Of a stretch of DNA of 64,000 bases, positions 1-10,900 are shown piece after piece. A program made the translations under genes and the position numbers. The stretch covers positions 154,504,001 through 154,568,000 of the forward strand of contig NW_027362770.1 of the NCBI RefSeq assembly GCF_046119375.1, in the 5' to 3' direction. The notes below the pieces were generated by a model, which did not search any database, was not told the origin of the DNA, and was given only the letters and a program-made list of their open reading frames with translations. The stretch is from Phyllobates terribilis. Lineage: Eukaryota. Position 1 is the first letter of the stretch; each line of letters opens with the position of its first letter.

Positions 1-1080
1 ATCAGTAATGTAATGTATGTACACAGTGATTCCACCAGCAGAATAGTGAGTGCAGCTCTGGAGTATAATACAGGATGTAACTCAGGATCAGTACAGGATC
101 AGTAATGTAATGTATGTACACAGTGATTCCACCAGCAGAATAGTGAGTGCAGCTCTGGAGTATAATACAGGATGTAACTCAGGATCAGTAATGTAATGTA
201 TGTACACAGTGACTGCACCAGCAGAATAGTGAGTGCAGCTCTGGAGTATAATACTGGATGTAACTGAGGATCAGTAATGTAATGTATGTACACAGTGACT
301 GCATCAGCAGAATAGTGAGTGCAGCTCTGGAGTATAATACAGGATGTAACTCAGGATCAGTAATGTAATGTATGTACACAGTGACTGCACCAGCAGGATA
401 GTGAGTGCAGCTCTGGAGTATAATACAGGAGGTAACTCAGGATCAGTAATGTAATGTATGTACACAGTGACTGCACCAGCAGAATAGTGAGTGCAGCTCT
501 GGAGTATAATACAGGAGGTAACTCAGGATCAGTAATGTAATGTATGTACACAGTGACTGCACCAGCAGAATAGTGAGTGCAGCTCTGGAGTATAATACAG
601 GAGGTAACTCAGGATCAGTAATGTAATGTATATACACAGTGACTGCACCAGCAGAATAGTGAGTGCAGCTCTGGAGTATAATACAGGATGTAACTCAGGA
701 TCAGTAATGTAATGTATGTACACAGTGACTGCACCAGCAGAATAGTGAGTGCAGCTCTGGAGTATAATACAGGATGTAACTCAGGATCAGTACTGTAATG
801 TATGTACACAGTGACTGCACCAGCAGAATATTGAGTGCAGCTCTGGAGTATAATACAGGAGGTAACTCAGGATCAGTACTGTAATGTATGTACACACTGA
901 CTGCACCAGCAGAATAGTGAGTGCAGCTCTGGAGTATAATACAGGATGTAACTCAGGATCAGTACAGGATCAGTAATGTAATGTATGTACACAGTGATTC
1001 CACCAGCAGAATAGTGAGTGCAGCTCTGGAGTATAATACAGGATGTAACTCAGGATCAGTACAGGATCAGTAATGTAATG
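1..1080. repeat. 86-bp satellite array, left block (runs off window start)
   Basis: Unit GGATCAGTAATGTAATGTATGTACACAGTGACTGCACCAGCAGAATAGTGAGTGCAGCTCTGGAGTATAATACAGGATGTAACTCA; the 64-aa minus-strand ORFs recur every 86 bp. Confidence 0.97.
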
Positions 1081-4000
1081 TAGGCACACAGTGACTCCAC
1101 CAGAAGCATACTGGGTGCAGCTCTGATCAGCTGCTAGTCAGTGTGCTGATTACGGGTGTGGTGGCTGCAGATCCTGCTGTGAGCTCCTGATCTCTGAGAA
1201 ACCAACACCTCTCCACCTGGGAACCTGCTCTCTCTCTTTCCCAGAGAGAGAGCGGGTTTCTGGGATGAGTGAAGGAGCCAAGTCCCAGGCTTCTGCTTCC
1301 CGAACCAGGCCGGCGGGGGGCAGAAAAAAACAGCAACCGGCCTGCACATCAGAGGACTCGGGGGTGAGACGCTGCACCAGGAGTCGCAGCAATGTGGCTC
1401 CTACTCCCCCCGGGATTGTGGAGACCCCTAGAAGCCGCAAGGCTTCCAGCATGGAGGAAAAGCCTGACAGCGGCGTGCATGATGGCGCTCCTTCCGGAGG
1501 AAAGCTGAGTGCTCATGGAGGTGAGGCCGACCTCCCTGAGGGGGGTTGGGCGCTGCAGGGACCCCGGGAGTCTGTGTCCACCTATGCCTCCCGGGTCATG
1601 ATCCACCTCCGTGAGTATGAAGATGCCAGTAAGCTCATCAGGAGGCTCCGGGAGGAGCTGCGCTGCACAAGCGCAAAAGCTGCAGGGGCCTCCAAACCAA
1701 GGAAGGCCAAGCTCCAGGCTGAAGTAAAGAGGCTCACCAGTGAGATTCACCTGCTGGAAATAAGGAAAGCCACCATCAGAGAGCAGAGTGGTCCATTCAA
1801 AGAAAAACTAATAAATGAAGACCGCTACAGAGAAATGGCTGATACCAGAGAGCAAAGGCGGATGGGGCTGCAGCCTGAGAGCCAGGTGGATGATGAGAGT
1901 GATGATGACCAGCAGGAAGCCCCACCTGGCAGCCTGCAAAGTCACCCGCAGGCCACGTGCAGCGAGCTCCCTGCAGGACAGGCGACAGTGACATCCGGTC
2001 GCAGTTCTGCTGGCTCTGGGGAGGACAGTGACAGCAGTGGCCAGGGAGGGGCGCTAATGGCCGAGATTAAGCTCCCGGAGTCCCCAGTGTGCCTCCAAAA
2101 CTTCCATCTTGGTGACGATCTACCAGAAGAGGCACCTGGGGGCCACAAAAAGGCAAAGAAGACCAAGCCAAAGCTGCAGGAAGCGGTAAGATACGTATAT
2201 GCCCCCCTCCCTGTACCCCCTGAGTCGGTGGCAGGCTCAGCTCGCTGTATAAGCCCCGTTGCCCAGCCCAGCCCGGGTTCTGCTGTGGATCCGGTGCAAA
2301 GGCGCGGGGAGATTGCACAGTGCGGTAGTGAGGCGCAGAGCTCCGTCTCTGCTTGTAGTAGCGGGGACGCAGCAGGAGGTGCATCAGCCGAGAGGCTGGA
2401 CAGTGAGGGCGGCCCGGCGGCGGGCGTTCCATCCGGCCACGATGCTGTGGTGCGCTCCTCAGTGGGAGGGGGGAGCAGCCCGGTGTCGGGGGCAGCTCCG
2501 GTAGCCTCGGCATCTCTGAATGCTGTTGCCGCTGATCACTTAGTTGAGAAGCGGCGGCAGTGTGAGGGGGCTGAGCGTTCCGGTCCTCCCACCAAAGTGC
2601 TATTTTGTGTTGGCGTCGCTGGTCCGGAAGATCCTGATGCTAAAGATCAGCGGCGCCTAACAGCAGCTAAAGATCAGCGGCACATTATACCGAATGCCAA
2701 ACAGCGGAAATTACCGACCAATGATGTGGAGGGCACACATAAGACCAGGGGTGAGGTCGTCTCCAGTTCTATGGAGGTGACTGAGCCCCTTGTGCCTGAT
2801 GCGGAGGTCAAAATGTCATCCGCCATTGTTACTGGTCCAGCAGGAATGAATGTGGTGGTAGGGGTGAATGAGGCTAATTCATTGTCTAGTGGTGTGGTTG
2901 CTGGTTTGGTGGAGGGTGAGATGGAGGTGGGTAATGGTGATGCTGTTGGGGCTGATGTGGTCACTGGTCCGGTTGCCCCCCCGGGGGTGGCAACACCTGT
3001 CCAGAGTTATGCCAGTGTCACCTCCGGGGCAAATAGGGCATCCTCCTCGTCTCCGGGCTTTGGGGATGGCATGTTGCAACGGCGCCTTCTGGAGGCTCTA
3101 AAGAAGGGGGAGAGATCACTAATGGTAGAGGGTCGAGAGGTTGATCTATCCTTCTGGATAGAGAGGCATGGCCTCGGGGCCTTCCGAGAGCAAAAAGGGG
3201 GAGATACAGTGTGGTCCATCCCAACAGCCGGGCCAGGCAGTGTGCGTAGGAATGTGGTCCGTCTTCGGTGGAGGGGCAGTGATGCATGTCCGCCAAGGTC
3301 TAAAGTTGTGGAGCTCCTGCTGAGGATGGGCTTCAAGGCGATTGACATCTACGCCTTGATACATCCCTATTCCACGCCTGAGTTTGATGTCAGCTTTGTT
3401 CGGCCGGAGGGGCTTGAGCTCTTCTGGGCGAATTATGAGTTGGCAAAAAATGAGCCCGGCTGGCGAGACTTTGCCGTTCAGGCAGTGTCTCGCCAAAACC
3501 AGATCAAGAAAGTGACCGTGATGACTCGTAACGAGTCGCTTTCTTGCTATGACATCATGACGTGGCTTGGTCGGTATGGAGAGGTGGTGGAGATGCCAAA
3601 GAAAAACCGCGACGAGTTTGGTATCTGGTCAGGGGCCTGGACGTTTATGGTAAAACTTAAGCGTTCAGGTGGTACGGTTGCCCACATTCCATCGTCTGCC
3701 TTCCTGGGTAGGGATCGTATCCTGGTCTTCTACCAGGGGCAACCGAAGCTCTGTCACAGGTGCGGCGACCCCACACACTTCAGTGCAAACTGCACCGTGC
3801 AGAAATGCGCGTTGTGTGGGGGTGTCGGCCATCTTGCTGCCTCTTGTGTGGAGATTAGGTGCCACCTGTGTGGTGAGTTAGGTCACCCATTCAGCCGTTG
3901 TCCTCACTCCTTCGCTAATGCAGTCGAGACCCCGGTGGGAGTAAGCCGTGAGGCCGATTCTGCTGGGGAGGGAACTAGCAGGGGTGGGGGAGCTGAGGGG

Positions 4001-7000
4001 CCAGGGAAGAAAAGCAATAAAAAGACGCCTGCCCAACTGAGGCGTCTAGACAAGCGCAGACAGGAGAGGGAGCGGGGCGAGCCCCAGACTACCGGGGCAG
4101 CCCCTGTCCTGGATGCCAGTCTTGCTGCTGAGGCCCCGAGGGATGATGAGTTGGATGAGGAGGTCAGGAGGATCCACAGGGAGGAAACTGCCTCTGCCTC
4201 AGAATCCTCCCATTATGAAAGTATGGATGAGGATAATAAGCGGTGGCTAGAGAACAAGCGTAAGCTCTGCACCAAAAAGAAGAAAAAAGAAGGGAGATAA
4301 AACATCTTCTCCCGCTCTGACCAAGGTACCTAAGGAAGGTAAAACTGACTCCCCTCTGGTTGGTCTTTCTAACCGGTTCCAAGCCCTTGATAACATCTCT
4401 TCCTCTGAGGAGGAGGCTGAGGGTGAGGTTCCGGCTTCAGCGGAGCTTACAGGGGGCGCCGAGTCTCCTTGTCCTGGGGATGCAAGGTCCTTGGGGGGAG
4501 GGACTGGCCCAGAGTCCGGAGACGAGGACGAGAAAAGAAGGAAAAATGATGAAATGGACACCTCTATGTCATTAAAGAGGGGGAAGGATTCCTCGTCTGA
4601 GGCAGAGGATAAGGGGAGTGGGAAGAGGAAAGCCGTCTAACTTAATCACCAATGATGGCGGTACCCACTCCGTTGACGCTGGCGTCCATTAATGTCGCCA
4701 GCATTAAGTCAAATATGGCTAGATTTGCGGCCTTTGATTTTCTCAGCCGGGTTGAAGCTGACATTTTCTTTTTGCAAGAGACCAGGCTGCCAAATATGGC
4801 AGAGGTGTTTATAGCTAAGAGGGAGTGGAGACTCGGGCCCTCCTATTGGTCTCTTGCGGCCGAGCCGTATAGCGGAGTGGCGGTCCTTTTTACCGCACCG
4901 GGAGAATGCCGACGGGTTATTGAGTTAGAAATGGGGAGGTGCCTGATATTAGATGTCCTCATGAAGGGACAAGAGCTCTGGCTCATTAACATCTATGGTC
5001 CCCAATCTAAGTGGGACCGGAAGTGTCTCTTTACGAGGATCAAGCCCTACCTTTTTACGAGTCGGCAGGTCGTCTTTGGAGGGGACTTCAACACTGTCAC
5101 AAGGCCCCGGGAAAGAGGAGGTTCCAGAGACAAGCTGACTTATGATAGCGTCGCCCTTAATAGTATAGCTAGTGAGGCTCGCCTGGTGGATGTCCACATC
5201 CGGCACACCGCAGGCCACGAGGGGTTCACCTATCATAGAGGTAACTGTAGGTCCAGGATAGACAGGTTTTATTTAAAGGAGGAAGCCGTCTCTTCAGCAG
5301 TATCTGTTGTTGAGGTGGAGTTCTCCGATCACTGTTTGATTTTGTTTTCCCTGAATGTTACAGAGACCCCCCGGATGGGAAGAGGCTTTTGGAGGCTCAA
5401 TTCGTCTCTCTTGGAAGAAGCGGAGATAAGACAGTCCTTTGAGGATTTTCTTCAGAGCCAGGTACCCTTACTGGATCTTTGTAGTAGTAAGTCAGAGTGG
5501 TGGGAGATGTTTAAGAAAAGGGTGGCGAGATTCTTCCGCCAGCTCTCGAGCCTCAGGAGCCTGGACAGGTATCGCCTGTATCAGGGCCTGAGGAGGAAAC
5601 TCAAGCATCTTGTCTCAACTGGAGGTAGCCGCGAGGAGATCTCCAGAGTGAAATCTTTGCTAATGAGGTGTCAGTATGATAGACACGCATCTTTGGTTTT
5701 TGAGAGGGATTACGGGAAGTACCGCTCGCCCGACCCTTACAGAAACTGCAAGATGTCAGTGAATAGTAAAGTTGTTACAGGACTGGTTGACACTGCGGGG
5801 TCCCTGAAAAGATCCAGATCAGGGATCCTGGAGGTCGTCAGATCCTTCTACTCGCACCTCTTGGGGAAGAGGGATCTGGATTGGGATGAGATGTCGGCTT
5901 TTCTGGCTGAAGCCGTCCCCGAACCAGGGGTAGACCCCTCTCTTGGTGTTTTGACAGAGATGATCAGGGAAGAGGAAGTTAAGTTGGCGACTGAAGGGCT
6001 TGCCCTAAAGAAATCTCGGGGTCCAGATGGCTTAACATCTGAATTCTATAAGACCTTTAAGGACGCCTTGGTTCCCCTCTTGACTGAGGTATTCAATGAG
6101 TCTCTTTCCTCGGGCACTCTGCCAAAGTCAATGAGGAGGTCTGCCCTGATCATCTTGTCAAAGGGTAAGGACCCATCTTGCATTGAGAATTGGCGTCCCA
6201 TAGCGCTTCTCAATGCAGACAGGAAGGTTTTGGCAAAGGTGCTGTTTAATCGGCTGGTGAAATTTGCACCCCAGCTCCTTTCGGGGGCCCAGCATTGCTC
6301 TGTTCCGGGCCGCAGTACAATTAGTGCTGTACTCTGTGTCCGAGAGGCGTTGGAGCAGGGTAGGGCTGGTCACTGGAAAGGTACATGCTGTCATTGGACC
6401 AGGCAAAAGTGTTTGATCGGGTTAATCATGAGTACCTCTGGTTTGTCCTTCTGAGGTATGGCCTGCCGGGGGGCTTTGTTGATTGGCTTAAGACCTTGTA
6501 CGCTGGGGCAGAGAGTTTCCCGCTTGTGAACGGTTGGATTGGCAGCTCTTTTGAGGTTGGGTGTGGTGTTCGCCAGGGTTGTCCGTTGAGCCCGCTACTG
6601 TACGCGTTTTCGATTGACCCACTTCTTAGGAGGGTGGAGCGTGGACCGTTGGCTGGGATCGGGATGGACCGGGCAGCACCGGAAGCCACTCTGAGAGTGG
6701 TGGCGTATGCCGATTACGTCACCGTTTTTGTTTCATCTGATGGGGAGGCAGAATGGCTGATGTCAGAGGTAAATCGCTACTCGGAGGCATCCAGGTCTAA
6801 GATCAACCGGGATAAGTGTGAGAGTCTCTGGCTGGGAGGAGGAGATCCTGGTTTTGATCTCCCGGACACCCTTCCAGAACCCAAAGTCTCTGCAAAAGTT
6901 CTTGCCATCGAATTTGGCCAGGGGGATTACCCCAAACAAAATTGGGACAGCAGGCTAGAGATCGCCACTCAGAAGGTGAACCAATGGAAGGGTTGGTCTT

Positions 7001-7966
7001 TGACCCTAAGGGAAAGGGTAAACCTGATCAAAACTTACCTGCTCCCTTTGCTGATCTATCTGGGCAGTGTGTGCATCTTGCCGGAGCCTCTCTGGACTCG
7101 GGTCTACAGTTTGTTCTTTCAACTGTTATGGGGGAATAGACTGAACCTGGTCAAGAGGGAGGTTACTTACCGTACAAGGAGACTAGGAGGGTTGGGTATG
7201 GTCAACCCTGTGGTATTCCTTGTAAATACCTTCATTAAGATCAATATTGCAAACCTCTGGAAAGAGAGGGCTCCTCCGTGGGTATTCTCCTGTAAGGGAT
7301 GGTTTCAGCCTTTCTTCCAGGAATGGGAGACAGGAGGGCAAGTGAAGGATCTCCGCACACCGCATGGACATCTCCCGGCTTACGCTACCGTGGTTCTGAA
7401 GGTAATTCGCCGGTGGGGTCTGGTCAGGACTCTGCCAAGGAAGCTCCTTGACAAAAGGGTTCTGTTGACCCATTTTCAGAGGCCTCTGGCGCTCAGGGAT
7501 TGCCCAAGTCGGGATCTTGGGGTGGGTCTGCATCTTTTGAATTCTATCAGGATCCCCTCGAAGGTTTGGGACTGGGCTTGGCGCTGCTTCCATGGGAAAC
7601 TGTGTGTGAGGGACAATCTGAAGTGTAGGAGCTCTGAGGACAGGAAATGTCGGGAGCATTGTGGTACCATGCTTGAAAGCATGGACCACTTCCTGCTTCG
7701 TTGTCCCTTTAACACAGAGGTGTACAACAGGGTGGGCGCCTCCATTGGCTGGCCCCGGCTGGCCGGTCTCTCTTATGCGGAATGGGCCTATGGAGCATTC
7801 GGGGACCTGGGTGGTCGGGACCGCTGCACCTTATTTCTAGTTAGCGCAGTGGTTAGGTATCACACGTGGAACGCACGGTGCTTAGTATCGACGCAGCGGA
7901 AAATCCTCCCAGTGGATGATGTGTTTAGGACCATACTCGGTGACCTGGTGAAGGTGCATTCTCTGG
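1081..7966 (+). mobile_element. Tx1-clade (L1 superfamily) non-LTR retrotransposon, decayed copy embedded in the 86-bp satellite
   Basis: Two-ORF layout: ORF1 with three CCHC knuckles, ORF2 with APE endonuclease, RT and C-terminal zinc finger. The same satellite flanks both sides. No 3' UTR or poly(A) is visible. Confidence 0.9.
1265..4300 (+). CDS. Tx1-like ORF1p (nucleic-acid binding, ZCCHC3-like region, 3x CCHC zinc knuckle)
   Basis: 1011-aa ORF containing CHRCGDPTHFSANC, CALCGGVGHLAASC and CHLCGELGHPFSRC. It probably once extended to TAA 4638-4640 through frameshifts (LSNRFQAL motif in another frame near 4370). Confidence 0.85.
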   Translation: MSEGAKSQASASRTRPAGGRKKQQPACTSEDSGVRRCTRSRSNVAPTPPGIVETPRSRKASSMEEKPDSGVHDGAPSGGKLSAHGGEADLPEGGWALQGPRESVSTYASRVMIHLREYEDASKLIRRLREELRCTSAKAAGASKPRKAKLQAEVKRLTSEIHLLEIRKATIREQSGPFKEKLINEDRYREMADTREQRRMGLQPESQVDDESDDDQQEAPPGSLQSHPQATCSELPAGQATVTSGRSSAGSGEDSDSSGQGGALMAEIKLPESPVCLQNFHLGDDLPEEAPGGHKKAKKTKPKLQEAVRYVYAPLPVPPESVAGSARCISPVAQPSPGSAVDPVQRRGEIAQCGSEAQSSVSACSSGDAAGGASAERLDSEGGPAAGVPSGHDAVVRSSVGGGSSPVSGAAPVASASLNAVAADHLVEKRRQCEGAERSGPPTKVLFCVGVAGPEDPDAKDQRRLTAAKDQRHIIPNAKQRKLPTNDVEGTHKTRGEVVSSSMEVTEPLVPDAEVKMSSAIVTGPAGMNVVVGVNEANSLSSGVVAGLVEGEMEVGNGDAVGADVVTGPVAPPGVATPVQSYASVTSGANRASSSSPGFGDGMLQRRLLEALKKGERSLMVEGREVDLSFWIERHGLGAFREQKGGDTVWSIPTAGPGSVRRNVVRLRWRGSDACPPRSKVVELLLRMGFKAIDIYALIHPYSTPEFDVSFVRPEGLELFWANYELAKNEPGWRDFAVQAVSRQNQIKKVTVMTRNESLSCYDIMTWLGRYGEVVEMPKKNRDEFGIWSGAWTFMVKLKRSGGTVAHIPSSAFLGRDRILVFYQGQPKLCHRCGDPTHFSANCTVQKCALCGGVGHLAASCVEIRCHLCGELGHPFSRCPHSFANAVETPVGVSREADSAGEGTSRGGGAEGPGKKSNKKTPAQLRRLDKRRQERERGEPQTTGAAPVLDASLAAEAPRDDELDEEVRRIHREETASASESSHYESMDEDNKRWLENKRKLCTKKKKKEGR

Positions 7967-7992
7967 ACACAGTGACTGCACCAGCAGAATAG
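4652..7992 (+). pseudogene. Tx1-like ORF2p (APE endonuclease - reverse transcriptase - zf-RVT), frameshifted
   Basis: APE motifs SINVASI, LQETR, GGDFN, SRIDRFYL and FSDH; RT motifs ENWRPIALLN, LDQAKVFDRV and GVRQGCPLSP. There is a frameshift near 6375-6385. The catalytic YADD reads YADY (6706-6717). The stop TAG 7990-7992 lies inside satellite sequence. Confidence 0.9.
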
Positions 7993-10900
7993 TGAGTGCA
8001 GCTCTGGAGTATAATACAGGATGTAACTCAGGATCAGTAATGTAATGTATGTACACAGTGACTGCACCAGCAGAATAGTGAGTGCAGCTCTGGAGTATAA
8101 TACAGGATGTAACTCAGGATCAGTAATGTAATGTATATGCACAGTGACTGCACCAGCAGAATAGTGAGTGCAGCTCTGGAGTATAATACAGGATGTAACT
8201 CAGGATCAGTAATGTAATGTATATGCACAGTGACTGCACCAGCAGAATAGTGAGTGCAGCTCTGGAGTATAATACAGGATGTAACTCAGGATCAGTAATG
8301 TAATGTATGTACACAGTGACTGCACCAGCAGAATAGTGAGTGCAGCTCTGGAGTATAATACAGGATGTAACTCAGGATCAGTAATGTAATGTATGTACAC
8401 AGTGACTGCACAGCAGAATAGTGAGCGCAGCTCCGGAGTATAATACAGGATGTAACTCAGGATCAGTAATGTAATGTATGTACACAGTGACTGCACCAGC
8501 AGAATAGTGAGTGCAGCTCTGGAGTATAATACAGGATGTAACTCAGGATCAGTAATGTAATGTATGTACACAGTGACTGCACCAGCAGAATAGTGAGTGC
8601 AGTTCTGGAGTATAATACAGGATGTAACTCAGGATCAGTAATGTAATGTATGTACACAGTGACTGCACCAGCAGAATAGTGAGTGCAGCTCTGGAGTATA
8701 ATACAGGATGTAACTCAGGATCAGTAATGTAATGTATGTACACAGTGACTGCACAGCAGAATAGTGAGCGCAGCTCCGGAGTATAATACAGGATGTAACT
8801 CAGGATCAGTAATGTAATGTATGTACACAGTGACTGCACCAGCAGAATAGTGAGTGCAGCTCTGGAGTATAATACAGGATGTAACTCAGGATCAGTAATG
8901 TAATGTATGTACACAGTGACTGCACCAGCAGAATAGTGAGTGCAGCTCTGGAGTATAATACAGGATGTAACTCGGGATCAGTAATGTAATGTATGTACAC
9001 AGTGACTGCACCAGCAGAATAGTGAGTGCAGCTCCGGAGTATAATACAGGATGTAACTCAGGATCAGTAATGTAATGTACGTGCACAGTGACTGCACCAG
9101 CAGAATAGTGAGTGCAGCTCTGGAGTATAATACAGGATGTTACTCAGGATCAGTAATGTAATGTATGTACACAGTGACTGCACCAGCAGAATAGTGAGTG
9201 CAGCTCTGGAGTATAATACAGGATGTAACTCAGGATCAGTAATGTAATGTATGTACACAGTGACTGCACCAGCAGAATAGTGAGTGCAGCTCTGGAGTAT
9301 AATACAGGATGTAACTCAGGATCAGTAATGTAATGTATATGCACAGTGACTGCACCAGCAGAATAGTGAGCGCAGCTCCGGAGTATAATACAGGGTGTAA
9401 CTCAGGATCAGTAATGTAATGTATGTACACAGTGACTGCACCAGCAGAATAGTGAGTGCAGCTCTGGAGTATAATACAGGATGTAACTCAGGATCAGTAA
9501 TGTAATGTATGTACACAGTGACTGCACCAGCAGAATAGTGAGTGCAGCTCTGGAGTATAATACAGGATGTAACTCAGGATCAGTAATGTAATGTATGTAC
9601 ACAGTGACTGCACCAGCAGAATAGTGAGTGCAGCTCCGGAGTATAATACAGGATGTAACTCAGGATCAGTAATGTAATGTACGTGCACAGTGACTGCACC
9701 AGCAGAATAGTGAGTGCAGCTCTGGAGTATAATACAGGATGTTACTCAGGATCAGTAATGTAATGTATGTACACAGTGACTGCACCAGCAGAATAGTGAG
9801 TGCAGCTCTGGAGTATAATACAGGATGTAACTCAGGATCAGTAATGTAATGTATGTACACAGTGACTGCACCAGCAGAATAGTGAGTGCAGCTCCGGAGT
9901 ATAATACAGGATGTAACTCAGGATCAGTAATGTAATGTATGTACACAGTGACTTCACAAGCAGAATAGTGAGTGCAGCTCTGGAGTATAACTCTAGAAGT
10001 AACTCAGGATCAGTAATGTAATGTATGTACACAGTGACTGCACCAGCAGAATAGTGAGTGCAGCTCTGGAGTATAATACAGGATGTAACTCAGGATCAGT
10101 AATGTAATGTATGTACACAGTGACTGCACCAGCAGAATAGTGAGTGCAGCTCTGGAGTATAATACAGGATGTAACTCAGGATCAGTAATGTAATGTATGT
10201 ACACAGTGACTGCACCAGCAGAATAGTGAGTGCAGCTCTGGAGTATAATACAGGATGTAACTCAGGATCAGTAATGTAATGTATATGCACAGTGACTGCA
10301 CCAGCAGAATAGTGAGTGCAGCTCTGGAGTATAATACAGGATGTAACTCAGGATCAGTAATGTAATGTATGTACACAGTGACTGCACCAGCAGAATAGTG
10401 AGTGCAGCTCTGGAGTATAATACAGGATGTAACTCAGGATCAGTAATGTAATGTATGTACACAGTGACTGCACAGCAGAATAGTGAGCGCAGCTCCGGAG
10501 TATAATACAGGATGTAACTCAGGATCAGTAATGTAATGTATGTACACAGTGACTGCACCAGCAGAATAGTGAGTGCAGCTCTGGAGTATAATACAGGATG
10601 TAACTCAGGATCAGTAATGTAATGTATGTACACAGTGACTGCACCAGCAGAATAGTGAGTGCAGCTCTGGAGTATAATACAGGATGTAACTCAGGATCAG
10701 TAATGTAATGTATGTACACAGTGACTGCACCAGCAGAATAGTGAGTGCAGCTCCGGAGTATAATACAGGATGTAACTCCGGATCAGTAATGTAATGTACG
10801 TGCACAGTGACTGCACCAGCAGAATAGTGAGTGCAGCTCTGGAGTATAATACAGGATGTTACTCAGGATCAGTAATGTAATGTATGTACACAGTGACTGC

